Source: Sinorhizobium meliloti (GTDB taxonomy: Bacteria > Pseudomonadota > Alphaproteobacteria > Rhizobiales > Rhizobiaceae). Taken from it: 32,000 nucleotides of DNA. Positions 1 through 11,979 of the stretch are shown here, in pieces. The notes under the pieces were generated by a model. It was not told the origin of the DNA, searched no databases, and was given only the letters and a program-made list of their open reading frames with translations. Made by a program: the position numbers and the translations under genes. The stretch is from contig NZ_JAGIOS010000003.1 of NCBI RefSeq assembly GCF_017876815.1, positions 1,230,001 through 1,262,000 on the forward strand, in the 5' to 3' direction. Within the stretch, counting starts at the first letter, position 1. Each line of letters begins with the position of its first letter.

Positions 1-20
1 TCACCCCACGGAGACTTCTC

Positions 21-1730
21 ATGTCTGTCATCGGATGGCTGCAGATCAGCCTCCTTTTTCTCGCCGTTCTCGTCGTCGTTAAGCCGCTGGGGCTTTACAT
101 GGCTGCGGTTCTTTCCGGCGAACGCAATGTCCTTTCGCCGATTCTCCGACCGGTGGAGCGTGGTCTTTATGGTGCCGCCGGCATCGATCCGGCACGGGAG
201 CAGGGCTGGCTCGCCTACACGCTCTCCATGCTCGCTTTCAGCATTGCGGGCTTTGCGCTGCTTTACGCGTTCCTGAGACTTCAGACATGGTTGCCCTTGA
301 ACCCGCTGGGCTTCGGCAACGTGCCACCGGACCTCGCCTTCAACACCGCCGTCAGTTTCGTCACCAACACCAATTGGCAGAATTACGGCGGGGAGACGAC
401 GCTCAGTCACTTCAGCCAAATGATGGGGCTGACCGTGCAGAACTTCGTTTCGGCCGCCACCGGCATTTCGATCGCGCTTGCCGTTACCCGCTCCTTCGCC
501 CGCTCAGCCGTGCCGACGATCGGCAACTTCTGGGTCGATCTCACCCGTTCGACACTCTACGTCCTCCTGCCGCTTGCCGTGCTGGTGGCGGTCGCCTTCG
601 TGGCGATGGGCCTGCCGCAGACGTTCCGCGCCTCGGTGGAGGCCACGACCCTCGAGGGGGTGAAGCAGACCATCGCTCTGGGCCCGGTTGCCAGCCAGGA
701 AGCGATAAAGCAGCTCGGTACCAACGGGGGCGGCTTCTTCAACGTGAATGCCGCACATCCGTTCGAAAATCCGACTGCGCTTTCCAATTATCTCAATATC
801 TTCGCGATGCTGTCGGTTTCGGCGGCGCTGCTCTACACATTCGGGCAACTCGTCGGCAACCGGCGGCAGGGCTGGGCCTTCATCGCCGTCACCTATGCAT
901 TTCTGATCATCGGTGTCGGGGTCGTCTATTGGGCCGAAGCGGGGGGAAATCCGGTCCTGTCGCAGCTCGGTCTCGACCCGGCTCTCGGCAACATGGAAGG
1001 CAAGGAAGTCCGCTTCGGCCAGGCGATGACTGCGCTTTACACGACGGTTACGACCGGGCTTTCGGATGGCGGCGTCAACGGCATGCACGGCTCGTTCACC
1101 GGCCTCGGCGGTCTCGTTCCGATGTTCCTCATGCAGCTCGGCGAGGTCCTGCCCGGCGGCGTCGGCTCGGGCCTCTACGGCATGATTGTCTTCGCGATCC
1201 TCGCGGTTTTCGTCGCTGGTCTTATGGTCGGCCGCACTCCTGAGCTGCTCGGCAAGAAGATCGAAGCGCGCGAGATGAAATACGCGATGCTCGCCGTGCT
1301 CATTCTGCCGGCTGCAATCCTCGGCTTCACGGCCATTTCAGCCGTCACGCCCTCGGCCGTCGCCAGCATCGGTACGCCCGGGCCGCACGGGCTCTCGGAA
1401 ATCCTCTACGCCTATACGTCGGCCGCCGGCAACAACGGCTCTGCCTTCGGCGGGCTTTCGGGCAACACGCTCTGGTACAATACGACACTTGGCTTTGCGA
1501 TGCTGCTCGGCCGCTTCGCTTATGCCGTGCCGGTGCTTGCCATCGCCGGCTCGATCGCCGCCAAGACGCGCGCCTCGGCATCCAAGGGTACGTTCCCGAC
1601 CGATACGCCCCTCTTCGTCGGTCTCCTGATCGGTATCATCCTCATTCTCGGCGGGCTGCAGTTCTTGCCGGCGCTCGCGCTCGGTCCGATCGTCGAGCAT
1701 TTCGCCATGCTCTCCGGCCAGACCTTCTGA
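21..1730 (+). CDS. kdpA: Potassium-transporting ATPase subunit A (KdpA)
   Basis: 569-aa polytopic membrane ORF with a typical KdpA N-terminus (..VKPLGLYMA..). GGAG Shine-Dalgarno at 10-13. First gene of a canonical kdpA-kdpB-kdpC order. Confidence 0.95.
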   Translation: MSVIGWLQISLLFLAVLVVVKPLGLYMAAVLSGERNVLSPILRPVERGLYGAAGIDPAREQGWLAYTLSMLAFSIAGFALLYAFLRLQTWLPLNPLGFGNVPPDLAFNTAVSFVTNTNWQNYGGETTLSHFSQMMGLTVQNFVSAATGISIALAVTRSFARSAVPTIGNFWVDLTRSTLYVLLPLAVLVAVAFVAMGLPQTFRASVEATTLEGVKQTIALGPVASQEAIKQLGTNGGGFFNVNAAHPFENPTALSNYLNIFAMLSVSAALLYTFGQLVGNRRQGWAFIAVTYAFLIIGVGVVYWAEAGGNPVLSQLGLDPALGNMEGKEVRFGQAMTALYTTVTTGLSDGGVNGMHGSFTGLGGLVPMFLMQLGEVLPGGVGSGLYGMIVFAILAVFVAGLMVGRTPELLGKKIEAREMKYAMLAVLILPAAILGFTAISAVTPSAVASIGTPGPHGLSEILYAYTSAAGNNGSAFGGLSGNTLWYNTTLGFAMLLGRFAYAVPVLAIAGSIAAKTRASASKGTFPTDTPLFVGLLIGIILILGGLQFLPALALGPIVEHFAMLSGQTF

Positions 1731-1741
1731 AGGAACCAGGC

Positions 1742-3784
<2,043 letters not shown>

Positions 3785-3786
3785 TC

Positions 3787-4356
3787 ATGCTCAACCAACT
3801 CCGTCCCGCACTCGTCCTGACCTTCGCACTCACCCTCATTACCGGGCTCGGCTACCCGCTTCTGATTACCGGCGTGGCGCAGGCGTTGATGCCGGCAGAG
3901 GCGAATGGCAGCCTCGTCCGCAAAGGCAGCGTCCTCGTCGGATCGCACCTCATCGGCCAGAATTTCGCCTCGGAGAAATATTTCTGGCCGCGTCCTTCGG
4001 CGACCGGCCCCGAGCCCTACAATGCCGGCGCTTCGAGCGGTTCCAATCTCGGGACGACGTCCGGCAAGCTGAAGGAGCGTGTCAGGGCCGACATTGAGAG
4101 GCTTCGCGCCGCGGGCATGGGGGATGAGATCCCCGCCGACGCCGGCATGGCTTCCGGATCGGGTCTCGACCCGCATATCTCGCCCGAATTCGCCCGGGCT
4201 CAGATCGCTCGGGTGGCGAAAGCGCGCGGCCTTCCGGAAGCGGGTGTATACGCGCTCGTTGACAGGGCAACGCAGGGCCGTCTGTTCGGGCTCATAGGCG
4301 AGCCGCGCGTCAATGTGCTAGAACTGAACCTTGCCTTGGACGCGCCGAGGACCTGA
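3787..4356 (+). CDS. kdpC: Potassium-transporting ATPase subunit C (KdpC)
   Basis: Internal ATG at 3787 of the 3280..4356 ORF, 2 nt after the kdpB TGA. N-terminal TM helix [26 protein letters not shown] and the conserved [12 protein letters not shown] motif. Confidence 0.9.
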   Translation: MLNQLRPALVLTFALTLITGLGYPLLITGVAQALMPAEANGSLVRKGSVLVGSHLIGQNFASEKYFWPRPSATGPEPYNAGASSGSNLGTTSGKLKERVRADIERLRAAGMGDEIPADAGMASGSGLDPHISPEFARAQIARVAKARGLPEAGVYALVDRATQGRLFGLIGEPRVNVLELNLALDAPRT

Positions 4357-4374
4357 TCAAGCTCGAGACGTTGC

Positions 4375-7065
4375 ATGCCCCACAATGACCGCGACCTGAA
4401 GAGCCGCCCCGATCCGGACGCCCTGCTGGCGCTCGCCGAACAGGGCAAGAGAGGCAAACTCACCGTCTTTCTTGGTGCCGCACCCGGTGTCGGCAAGACC
4501 TTTGCGATGCTGACGCGTGCGCGGCGCCTCAAGGAAGAAGGCGGCGATATCGTCATCGGGCTCGTCGAAACGCATGGACGCGGCGAGACCGCTGCCCTGC
4601 TCGAGGGGCTCGAAGTCCTGCCGCGTCGCCAGGTGCTGCACAACGGACGGACGCTCCACGAATTCGACCTCGACGCGGCGTTGGCTCGGCGCCCGCGCGT
4701 CATCCTGGTCGACGAGCTAGCCCATACCAATTTCGGCGAAAGCCGCCACCCCAAACGCTACCAGGATATAGAGGAGCTGGTCGATGCCGGCATAGACGTG
4801 TGGACGGCACTCAACATCCAGCACCTGGAAAGCCTCTCGGACGTGGTTGCGCATATTGCCGGCGTGCCGGTGCGCGAGCGCGTCCCCGATACGGTTCTCA
4901 ATCGCGCTGACGATGTCCTGCTGGTGGACCTGCCGCCGGCCGAACTGATCGAGCGGTTGAAGGAGGGCAAGGTCTATCTGCCCGACAACGCCAAGCGCGC
5001 CGCCGATCGCTTCTTCCGCCTGGGCAATCTGACAGCGCTGCGCGAACTCGCGCTTCGCCGGACGGCCGACCGGGTCGACGACCAGATGGTCGACTATCTC
5101 AGGCAGAACGCGATCGAGGGTCCCTGGGGCGCCGCCGAACGGCTTCTCGTCTGCATCGGTCCCGACCCTCTATCCGAGAAGGTGGTGAGGACGGCAAGCC
5201 GGCTCGCTTCGGGCCTGAATGCCGACTGGCTCGTGGTTTCCGTCGAGCGTGCGGAGGCGGAGAGCAGCGGTGCGATGCGACAGCTCGACGAGACTTTCCG
5301 GCTCGCCGAGCAATTGGGCGCCGAGACGCGCCGTATCATCGGCAACGACTTCGTGGAAGAAATTCTGAAGCTCGCAAGGCGGGAACATGCAACGCAAATC
5401 GTCATCGGCACGCGCCGCCACTATTTCCCGCTACGCCTCTTCCGCCGCTCCTTGCCGGACGCACTTGCCGCGCGGGCGGCCGGTATCGCCATCCACCTCG
5501 TCACTGACGGGAGTGCACCCGCCGTAAAACCGGCGGCCAGACGCAGCAGCGCGCTTCCGGATGGGTGGGGGCGGGGGGTTGCCATCGCGGCCGGTACGGC
5601 TGTAGCCGCGACAGCACTTGGCCTGCTGATCGAACAATTCGTCGTCCTGCAGAATATCTCGCTTCTCTTTCTTCTGGCTGTGCTCGTCTCGGCGACTTAC
5701 GCGGGCTATGTCGCTGCGATCGCTGCCGCACTCATTTCGGTTCTCGCCTATAATTTCTGCTTCATCGAACCGGTCGGCACTTTTACGGTTGCCGAACCGC
5801 ACGAAGTCTTTGCCCTCTTCGTGTTCCTCGCGGCGGCGATGCTTGCCGGGGGGCTCGCCTCCCGCATTCGCGAGCAGGCGAAGACAGCGAGGCGGCGGGC
5901 CGCCGCGACGCAGGCGCTTTACGATTTTTCCCGCAAGCTGTCCGGTACGGCAAATGCCGAGGACGTGCTATGGGCGGCCGTCACGCAAATCCACGCGACC
6001 CTTCGGCGCAACGCGGCGCTGCTGTTGCCGGAAGACGGAGATGTCCGCTTGATGGCGGCCTGGCCGCCGGATACGGAGCTCGGCCTTACCGACACGATGG
6101 CGGGGCGCTGGGCTTTCGAGAAGAAGGAGGCTGCCGGCAACGGTACCGGCACGCTGCCGAACAGTCCCTTCCAGTTCAGGCCGCTGATGAGCCCGCATGG
6201 AGTCGTCGGCGTCTTTGGTTTCCTCCAGGAAGACAAGCCGCTGGAAATAAACGAGGAGCGAGCGCTTGCCGCGATCCTGGACCAGACCGCGATCGCCGTC
6301 GACAGAGCACGTCTCTCGCGCGAGATCCTCGACCAGGCTGCGCAGCTCGAGGGCGAGAAGTTCCTCGCGGCGCTGCTTTCGTCCATATCCCACGACCTCA
6401 GAACACCGCTCGCGACGATCACCGGAGCTGTGACAAGTTTGCGGCAACTCGGCGAGCGGATGTCGGAGGAGAGCCGGGACGATCTGCTCAAGTCGATCGA
6501 GGAGGAGAGCGGCAGACTCACCCGCTTCGTTGCCAACCTGCTCGACATGACCCGCATCGAAGCCGGAACGGTAAACGCCAAGCGCGATTGGGTCGATGTC
6601 GCCGATGTGGTCCATTCGGCTGTGGAGCGTGCGCGGAAGTACTTCCCCGGCCGCGTCTTCGAAACGAGCATCGCTCCGGACTTGCCGTTGATCCGCGGCG
6701 ATAGCGTGTTGCTTGGTCAAGTGATCTTCAACCTGCTCGACAACGCCGATAGGTTTGGGGGTGACGAGCCGGTCAGCGTCTATGGGCGGCGGGAAGAAGA
6801 TGAGATCGTGCTCTCGGTGACCGACCTCGGTAAAGGCATCGCCCCGGCCGACCTCGACCATGTGTTCGACAAATTCTTCCGCAAGGGAAAGCCGGACGGC
6901 CGTTCGCTCGGCACCGGGCTTGGCCTTTCCATCAGCAAGGGCTTCGTCGAGGCGATGGACGGGCGGATAAAGGCGGAGAGCCCGGCGATGAAGCGCCGCG
7001 GCACGCGCATTTCCATGCGGTTCCCGGTGGCTGAAACCGGTATCACGGAGAAGGAGCGCGGATGA
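4375..7065 (+). CDS. kdpD: Sensor histidine kinase KdpD
   Basis: 896 aa. N-terminal KdpD domain with a P-loop (GAAPGVGKT), central TM block, H-box SHDLRTPL, N-box LLDNADRF and G-box GTGLGLSI. Lies directly downstream of kdpC. Confidence 0.94.
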   Translation: MPHNDRDLKSRPDPDALLALAEQGKRGKLTVFLGAAPGVGKTFAMLTRARRLKEEGGDIVIGLVETHGRGETAALLEGLEVLPRRQVLHNGRTLHEFDLDAALARRPRVILVDELAHTNFGESRHPKRYQDIEELVDAGIDVWTALNIQHLESLSDVVAHIAGVPVRERVPDTVLNRADDVLLVDLPPAELIERLKEGKVYLPDNAKRAADRFFRLGNLTALRELALRRTADRVDDQMVDYLRQNAIEGPWGAAERLLVCIGPDPLSEKVVRTASRLASGLNADWLVVSVERAEAESSGAMRQLDETFRLAEQLGAETRRIIGNDFVEEILKLARREHATQIVIGTRRHYFPLRLFRRSLPDALAARAAGIAIHLVTDGSAPAVKPAARRSSALPDGWGRGVAIAAGTAVAATALGLLIEQFVVLQNISLLFLLAVLVSATYAGYVAAIAAALISVLAYNFCFIEPVGTFTVAEPHEVFALFVFLAAAMLAGGLASRIREQAKTARRRAAATQALYDFSRKLSGTANAEDVLWAAVTQIHATLRRNAALLLPEDGDVRLMAAWPPDTELGLTDTMAGRWAFEKKEAAGNGTGTLPNSPFQFRPLMSPHGVVGVFGFLQEDKPLEINEERALAAILDQTAIAVDRARLSREILDQAAQLEGEKFLAALLSSISHDLRTPLATITGAVTSLRQLGERMSEESRDDLLKSIEEESGRLTRFVANLLDMTRIEAGTVNAKRDWVDVADVVHSAVERARKYFPGRVFETSIAPDLPLIRGDSVLLGQVIFNLLDNADRFGGDEPVSVYGRREEDEIVLSVTDLGKGIAPADLDHVFDKFFRKGKPDGRSLGTGLGLSISKGFVEAMDGRIKAESPAMKRRGTRISMRFPVAETGITEKERG

Positions 7066-7754
7066 CCGCCGAGCGTATCCTCGTCGTGGACGACGAGCCG
7101 CAGATCCAGCGCTTCTTGCGCCCGGCGCTCGCAGCCGCCGGCTACGAGGTGACAGAGGCGGCAAACGGCGCGCAAGCACTCAAGGCGGCTGTGACGGCGG
7201 CGCCGGACGTCGTGATCCTGGATCTCGGCCTTCCCGACATGGACGGCAAGGATGTGGTGGCCAATATCCGCGCCTGGTCCCAAGTCCCGATCATCATCCT
7301 TTCGGCGCGTGACCGTGAAAGCGAGAAGATCGCTGCCCTCGACCTCGGCGCCGACGACTACATCGAGAAACCCTTCGGGATCGGCGAACTGACGGCGCGT
7401 ATCCGCGCGGCGCTGCGCCATCGCATCCAGATGGCAGGAGGCCAGGCGCAGCTGTCAGCGGACGGCCTTTCGATCGACATGGTCAAACGCGTCGTGACGC
7501 GCGACGGCGCGGCGCTCCGGCTGACGCCAAAGGAATACGACCTTCTCGTTATGCTCGCACATCACGCGGGTCGCGTGGTTACCCACAGGACGCTGCTTAC
7601 CTCCGTCTGGGGCCTCGCCCACGGGGAGGACCTGCATTACCTGAGAGTTTTCATCGGTCAGCTGCGTGGCAAGATCGAACGCGATCCCGGCAATCCGAAG
7701 ATCGTCCGCACCGAACCCGGCGTCGGTTACCGCTTCGTCGGCGACGAGGATTGA
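7062..7754 (+). CDS. kdpE: OmpR-family response regulator KdpE
   Basis: 230 aa. Receiver motifs DDEPQI and ILDLGLPDMDG, and a winged-helix C-terminus (..EPGVGYRF). ATGA start/stop overlap with kdpD. Confidence 0.94.
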   Translation: MTAERILVVDDEPQIQRFLRPALAAAGYEVTEAANGAQALKAAVTAAPDVVILDLGLPDMDGKDVVANIRAWSQVPIIILSARDRESEKIAALDLGADDYIEKPFGIGELTARIRAALRHRIQMAGGQAQLSADGLSIDMVKRVVTRDGAALRLTPKEYDLLVMLAHHAGRVVTHRTLLTSVWGLAHGEDLHYLRVFIGQLRGKIERDPGNPKIVRTEPGVGYRFVGDED

Positions 7755-7814
7755 GGAGCTCGTGCAGCCGACCACATCGCCAATTCCCGGAAACGCGTAA
7801 ATTCTCTGCAGCCC

Positions 7815-7846
7815 AGAGCAATTCCAAAAAATGAGCAGCGGTTTCC
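7815..7846 (-). repeat. Copy 1 of a short dispersed intergenic motif (AGAGC..N..GCGGTTT(T)CC as read on +)
   Basis: agagcaattccaaaaaatgagcagcggtttcc. Aligns by eye with 18139-18165, 24774-24803 and the reverse complement of 28563-28596. All four copies are intergenic. Confidence 0.35.
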
Positions 7847-7977
7847 CAATTGCGGCAAAACAGGGCGGGGCACTGCCGCGCGGAGAACCGTGGATTTGGC
7901 TCTCGTCGCACTCCAACAAATCTACGGGACGTCTGAGGCGTTCATGTGCAGCCTCTCATTCGTTGGGCTCTGGTCTG

Positions 7978-8418
7978 TTACTTCGGGTCGTCGCGCCAGA
8001 TGCGCTCGACGGCGATGAAGGTAAAAGACGCCGACCAGGCAATCAGAACGAGCCCATTCAGCCCCTCCAGGCCGGCGAGAATTCGCATGTCACCTGTCGC
8101 GTAGACATCGCCAAATCCCATCGTGCTGTAACAGGTCAGCGAGAAATAGAAGAAGTCTGTGGCGTTTGAGCCTGCCAGCCCCGCAAGAGAACCGAACTCA
8201 GGATGATAATGCATCCAGGCAAAAGCCAGAGCGTAAAGGCCTACGCCGAAGAGGTGAGCCACAAAGGCTGACCCGAGGAAAACGACCATTTCAGCTCGTT
8301 TTGAAAGCACTTTGCGTCGACGCAGGATCGCTACGCCGGTCATGATTTCAAAATGAGTGGCGCTCGTTACGATGATGAGTGCGGCGGAAAGCAGACAGAC
8401 CAACACAATCCCTGGCAC
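7978..8418 (-). CDS. Minimal K+-channel-like protein (Ion_trans_2-type pore; TMGFGD filter)
   Basis: 146 aa with a GTG start preceded by GAGG 7 nt upstream. Hydrophobic helices flank a pore-loop-like FYFSLTCYSTMGFGDVY, which resembles the TxGYGD/TxGFGD selectivity filter. No cytoplasmic gating domain. Confidence 0.75.
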   Translation of the reverse strand: MPGIVLVCLLSAALIIVTSATHFEIMTGVAILRRRKVLSKRAEMVVFLGSAFVAHLFGVGLYALAFAWMHYHPEFGSLAGLAGSNATDFFYFSLTCYSTMGFGDVYATGDMRILAGLEGLNGLVLIAWSASFTFIAVERIWRDDPK

Positions 8419-8611
8419 TTATCAACCTCGCCCTGTGCTTGCCGCAGTATGATCGGCGCCTACCTTCAAACGCACCAACTCGACTCGACGACGCTGGTAC
8501 AGCCACCATAGCAGGACATATTGCGGATTGGGAGTTTCGGTCTATCGGGCCCATCCCTGTGTGTTGCCGTTGCCGAGGCTGACGGTGTAGGCAATAGCGG
8601 GTGTAAAGGAT

Positions 8612-8649
8612 AATGCTTCCCGGGAAGTCAGCGCGGTCCGCTGAGCATT
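8612..8649 (-). terminator. Nested palindrome / possible terminator downstream of the helicase gene
   Basis: aatgct[tcccggga]ag[tcagcg-cggtc-cgctga]gcatt. An outer stem aatgct/agcatt encloses two inner palindromes. On the minus-strand transcript it is followed by a moderately U-rich tail (uuauccuuu). Confidence 0.3.
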
Positions 8650-8731
8650 TCCCCTTAGCTCTAACGGGCACCCCCTTCGAAGCGCCGTCAGAGGACAGCC
8701 ACTGCGGTGACCAACCACGCATTGCTGAACT

Positions 8732-10801
8732 CTACCGCCACATGGTGCGCATCCGGGCTGCGACATCGATGCGGATCTGCTTTGCGCTACGCTCGGAAAC
8801 ATTGGGGCTGGCGACTGACCAGTTTGCACTCTCGAAGAACTGAAGCAATGTCGCGGGGATGAAGCGTGTGCGGCTTGCGTAGACATGGCGGTCACCCTGC
8901 GCGTGCTGACCGCCGGTGAAGAAGCGTTGCGGCACCATCAGCGTCAGTTGGTCCTTGGCGCGTGTCATACCGACATAGAGAAGTCGCCGCTCCTCCTCCA
9001 GTTCGTGGCTGGTGCCTGTCGCCAGGTCTGACGGAATGCAACCGTCGACCACGTTGAGCATGAAGACGGAGCGCCATTCCTGCCCCTTGGCCGAATGGAT
9101 GGTCGACAGGATAAGATAGTCTTCGTCGAGTAAAGGCACGCCAGCCTGGTCGCTCGTCGCGTCCGGCGGATCGAGCGTCAACTCCGTGAGGAAGCGCTCG
9201 CGGCTCGGATAGCCTGCGGCGATCTGCTCGAGTTGCACGAGGTCGGCCCGGCGCGTTTCGGCATCCTCGTGTATTCGCTCGAGATGCGGCTCGTACCACA
9301 TCCGTGCCATCTCTATTTCCGTCGGCCATGCGGAACCGGGTTTGCGCAGGGCCTGCAGCAACTCGACCAAGGACATCCAGTCCGTGCCGCTCCTCGGCGG
9401 AGCTGGGACTTCGCCAAGCGCCATCAACGGCTCGGGATCGGCCGCAATCGTGTCCAGGATCTTGCCCGCGGTCTGCGGGCCGACTCCCGGCAGCATCTGC
9501 AGGAGCCGGAAGCCCGCGACGCGGTCACGTGGGTTCTGTGCAAAGCGCAGCACGGCCAGCATGTCCTTCACGTGGGCGCTGTCGAGGAACTTCAGGCCTC
9601 CGAACTTTACGAAGGGGATGTTGCGGCGGGTCAGTTCCACCTCAAGGGGGCCGCTGTGGCTCGAGGTGCGGAACAGGACGGCCTGCTGTTTCAGGAGCAT
9701 CCCGGATTCACGATTGGCAAGCACCTGCTCGACGATGCAGTTCGCCTGATCGGCCTCGTCCTTCACCGTCAGCAGCTTGGGACGTTCAGCCGACTCGCGG
9801 TCCGTCCAGAGGTTCTTGGTGAAGCGTTCCCGCGCCAGGTCGATAACCCCGTTGGCGGCTGCGAGGATCGGCTGGGTCGAACGGTAGTTGCGGTCGAGCG
9901 TGACGATCTCGGCCGCCGGCGCGAATTGCTTCGGAAAGTCGAGAATGTTGCGGACCGTCGCCGCGCGGAACGAGTAGATCGACTGCGCGTCGTCGCCAAC
10001 GACCGTCAAGCCGCGCCCGTCGGGCTTCAGGGCCAGCAGCACCGAAGATTGGAGCTTGTTGGTATCCTGATATTCATCGACGAGGACATAGTCGAACCGG
10101 TTGCCGATATCGTCGGCGAGGGAGGCATCGCTGACCATCTGCGCCCAATAGAGAAGCAGGTCATCGTAGTCGAGGACGTTCTGCGCCTGCTTGGCCTCGA
10201 CGTAGCCGGCAAACAGCTCCTGCAACTGTTGTTCCCAGCCAGCTACCCACGGGTACCAAGTGCGGAGCACTTCATTCAGTCGCATTTCCGCGTTCACTGT
10301 CCGCGAATAGATCGCCAGACAGGTGCCCTTGGTCGGAAACCGACTTTCCGTCTTCGAGAAGCCGAGTTCGTGGCGTATCAGGTTGATCAAGTCGGCGCTA
10401 TCCTCGCGGTCGTGAATGGTGAACTCCGCATTCAGTCCGATCTGTTCGGCATAGATTCTCAGCAACCGTGCGCCGATACCGTGAAAGGTCCCCGCCCATG
10501 AAAGGGCGTCCGTCATCATTCCGGAACTGCGGCCGAGCACCTGTGCGCAGATACGCTCGACGCGGCGCGACATCTCAGCCGCGGCCCTCCGCGAGAAGGT
10601 CATCAGGAGAATGCGGCGGGGGTCGGCCCCGTTGACGATCAGGTGAGCAACGCGATGGGCCAAGGTGTTGGTCTTCCCGGAGCCCGCTCCTGCGATGATC
10701 AACAGCGGGCCTGCTTGGGCGCCTTCTTCTGCTCCGATGCCATATTCGACTGCGCAGCGCTGTCTCTCGTTCAGTTTCTCCAGATGGGTCGCCGTCGCCA
10801 T
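8732..10801 (-). CDS. UvrD/Rep/PcrA-family (SF1A) ATP-dependent DNA helicase
   Basis: 689 aa with motif I AGAGSGKTNTL, motif II LVDEYQDTN and motif VI YVGMTRAKDQL. No fused nuclease domain is evident. Confidence 0.9.
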   Translation of the reverse strand: MATATHLEKLNERQRCAVEYGIGAEEGAQAGPLLIIAGAGSGKTNTLAHRVAHLIVNGADPRRILLMTFSRRAAAEMSRRVERICAQVLGRSSGMMTDALSWAGTFHGIGARLLRIYAEQIGLNAEFTIHDREDSADLINLIRHELGFSKTESRFPTKGTCLAIYSRTVNAEMRLNEVLRTWYPWVAGWEQQLQELFAGYVEAKQAQNVLDYDDLLLYWAQMVSDASLADDIGNRFDYVLVDEYQDTNKLQSSVLLALKPDGRGLTVVGDDAQSIYSFRAATVRNILDFPKQFAPAAEIVTLDRNYRSTQPILAAANGVIDLARERFTKNLWTDRESAERPKLLTVKDEADQANCIVEQVLANRESGMLLKQQAVLFRTSSHSGPLEVELTRRNIPFVKFGGLKFLDSAHVKDMLAVLRFAQNPRDRVAGFRLLQMLPGVGPQTAGKILDTIAADPEPLMALGEVPAPPRSGTDWMSLVELLQALRKPGSAWPTEIEMARMWYEPHLERIHEDAETRRADLVQLEQIAAGYPSRERFLTELTLDPPDATSDQAGVPLLDEDYLILSTIHSAKGQEWRSVFMLNVVDGCIPSDLATGTSHELEEERRLLYVGMTRAKDQLTLMVPQRFFTGGQHAQGDRHVYASRTRFIPATLLQFFESANWSVASPNVSERSAKQIRIDVAARMRTMWR

Positions 10802-10966
10802 TCACGTACCTCGATAAGCTCTTTGATGTCCGGCCGCGGCCTTAAGAACGGAGGGGGAACATACAAGCCCGAGCGGCCGTTGGAAAGTGGGGCGTTCGCA
10901 TGCGCATTTGCCGCGTTGTGCTCGCGAGTTCTTGCCAATTCCTGCCAAACCCTATGGTCTTGTCGC

Positions 10967-11198
10967 ATGGGCACGATAAACATTTCCCTGCCGGACCAGC
11001 TAAAGAGCCTCGCAGATGAGCAAGTCGCCGGACGAGACTGTGGGACTAGCAGTGAGTATATCCGGGAATTGATACATCGAGACCAGGAACGCCTCGTACT
11101 GCGCAGGCGCCGGAGCCTCGTCGGCACGGACCGTCCCTGCCCACGCGGATTACTTCACCAGTCTGCGCGACCGGACCCGTGGTCTGCAGGGCAAGTGA
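10967..11198 (+). pseudogene. ParD/RHH-type antitoxin, apparently frameshifted, with no partner toxin
   Basis: The frame from ATG 10967 reads MGTINISLPDQLKSLADEQVAGRDCGTSSEYIRELIHRDQERL (ParD-like) and then turns Arg-rich. The +1 frame carries a ParD-like C-terminus (..GAGASSARTVPAHADYFTSLRDRTRGLQGK*) ending at 11198. The shift lies near 11095-11110. Only about 130 nt separate it from the next gene. Confidence 0.5.
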
Positions 11199-11331
11199 AG
11201 AAAGTTTCCCCGGGGACTAGCCCGCAGTACCGCTTGTAAGTAATCGGCCGACGCCGCTTGGCCAACCGTCAAGCTCCAGGCGCACGGCTGCAAGCACGCC
11301 GCGTAAGGCACTGGGCGAGCGCGGACTTTCG

Positions 11332-11979
11332 TCAGGCGGTCGGTGCGGCGGTGAAAACCGCCAGTTGAGCGACGAAAGCGCGCTTGTATGCGGGCCGCGC
11401 TTTGCCGCGGGCCACATAGGCCGAGAGGTTCGGATATTCCTCAAGTATGCCCGAGCCCTCCAATCTGCGCAGCACCGTCACCATTAGGAGGTCACCGGCG
11501 CTGAACGCCCCGTCGAGCCAGTCGGCGTTGCCAAGTCGGCCGGAAAGTTCGCCCAGCCGCTCGCGGATGCGTTCGTCGATGAAGGGCAGGCGCTGCTCAT
11601 ACCAGGTCTCGTCTTCCAGGTACTCGGCGACCTCGCGATCAACGATCGGCGGCTCCACGGTGTTGAGCGCGGCGAACATCCACGTGATCGCGCGCGCCCG
11701 GGCATTCGGATCGTCCGGCAGCAGGCCCGCATGGCGCTCCGCGATATGGAACACGATGGCCCCTGACTCGAACAAAGCGAGATCGCCTTCTTGATAGGTA
11801 GGAATCTGCCCGAAAGGATGGAGCGCGAGATGCGCGGGTTCCTTCATCGCCTTGAACGAAAGAAGGCGAACGCCGTAGGGCTGGCCCACTTCTTCGAGCG
11901 CCCAGCGAACGCGCATGTCACGCGCCATGCCCTGGCCGCCATCGGGCGACCGCTCAAAGGCGGTAATGGTAATAGTCAT
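11332..11979 (-). CDS. Glutathione S-transferase family protein
   Basis: Start chosen at ATG 11979 (MTITITAF..), preceded by GGAGAG, inside the longer 11332..12090 ORF. GST N-domain signature ..HPFGQIPTYQEGDLALFESGAIVFHIAE.. Confidence 0.85.
   Translation of the reverse strand: MTITITAFERSPDGGQGMARDMRVRWALEEVGQPYGVRLLSFKAMKEPAHLALHPFGQIPTYQEGDLALFESGAIVFHIAERHAGLLPDDPNARARAITWMFAALNTVEPPIVDREVAEYLEDETWYEQRLPFIDERIRERLGELSGRLGNADWLDGAFSAGDLLMVTVLRRLEGSGILEEYPNLSAYVARGKARPAYKRAFVAQLAVFTAAPTA

Noticed and set aside
1-20. Possible kdpF upstream of kdpA.
   Set aside because: Only 20 nt are available before kdpA, so this cannot be evaluated within the window.
287-1243. 318-aa same-strand alternative-frame ORF inside kdpA, along with many similar 60-230-aa ORFs overlapping annotated genes.
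   Set aside because: They are frame-shifted readings of confidently identified genes, and their Arg/Pro-rich composition is not protein-like.
8419-8731. A riboswitch or sRNA in the 313-nt leader of the channel gene.
   Set aside because: I could not match it to any riboswitch class I know. Only the nested palindrome is clear, and it is reported separately as a terminator or REP-like element.
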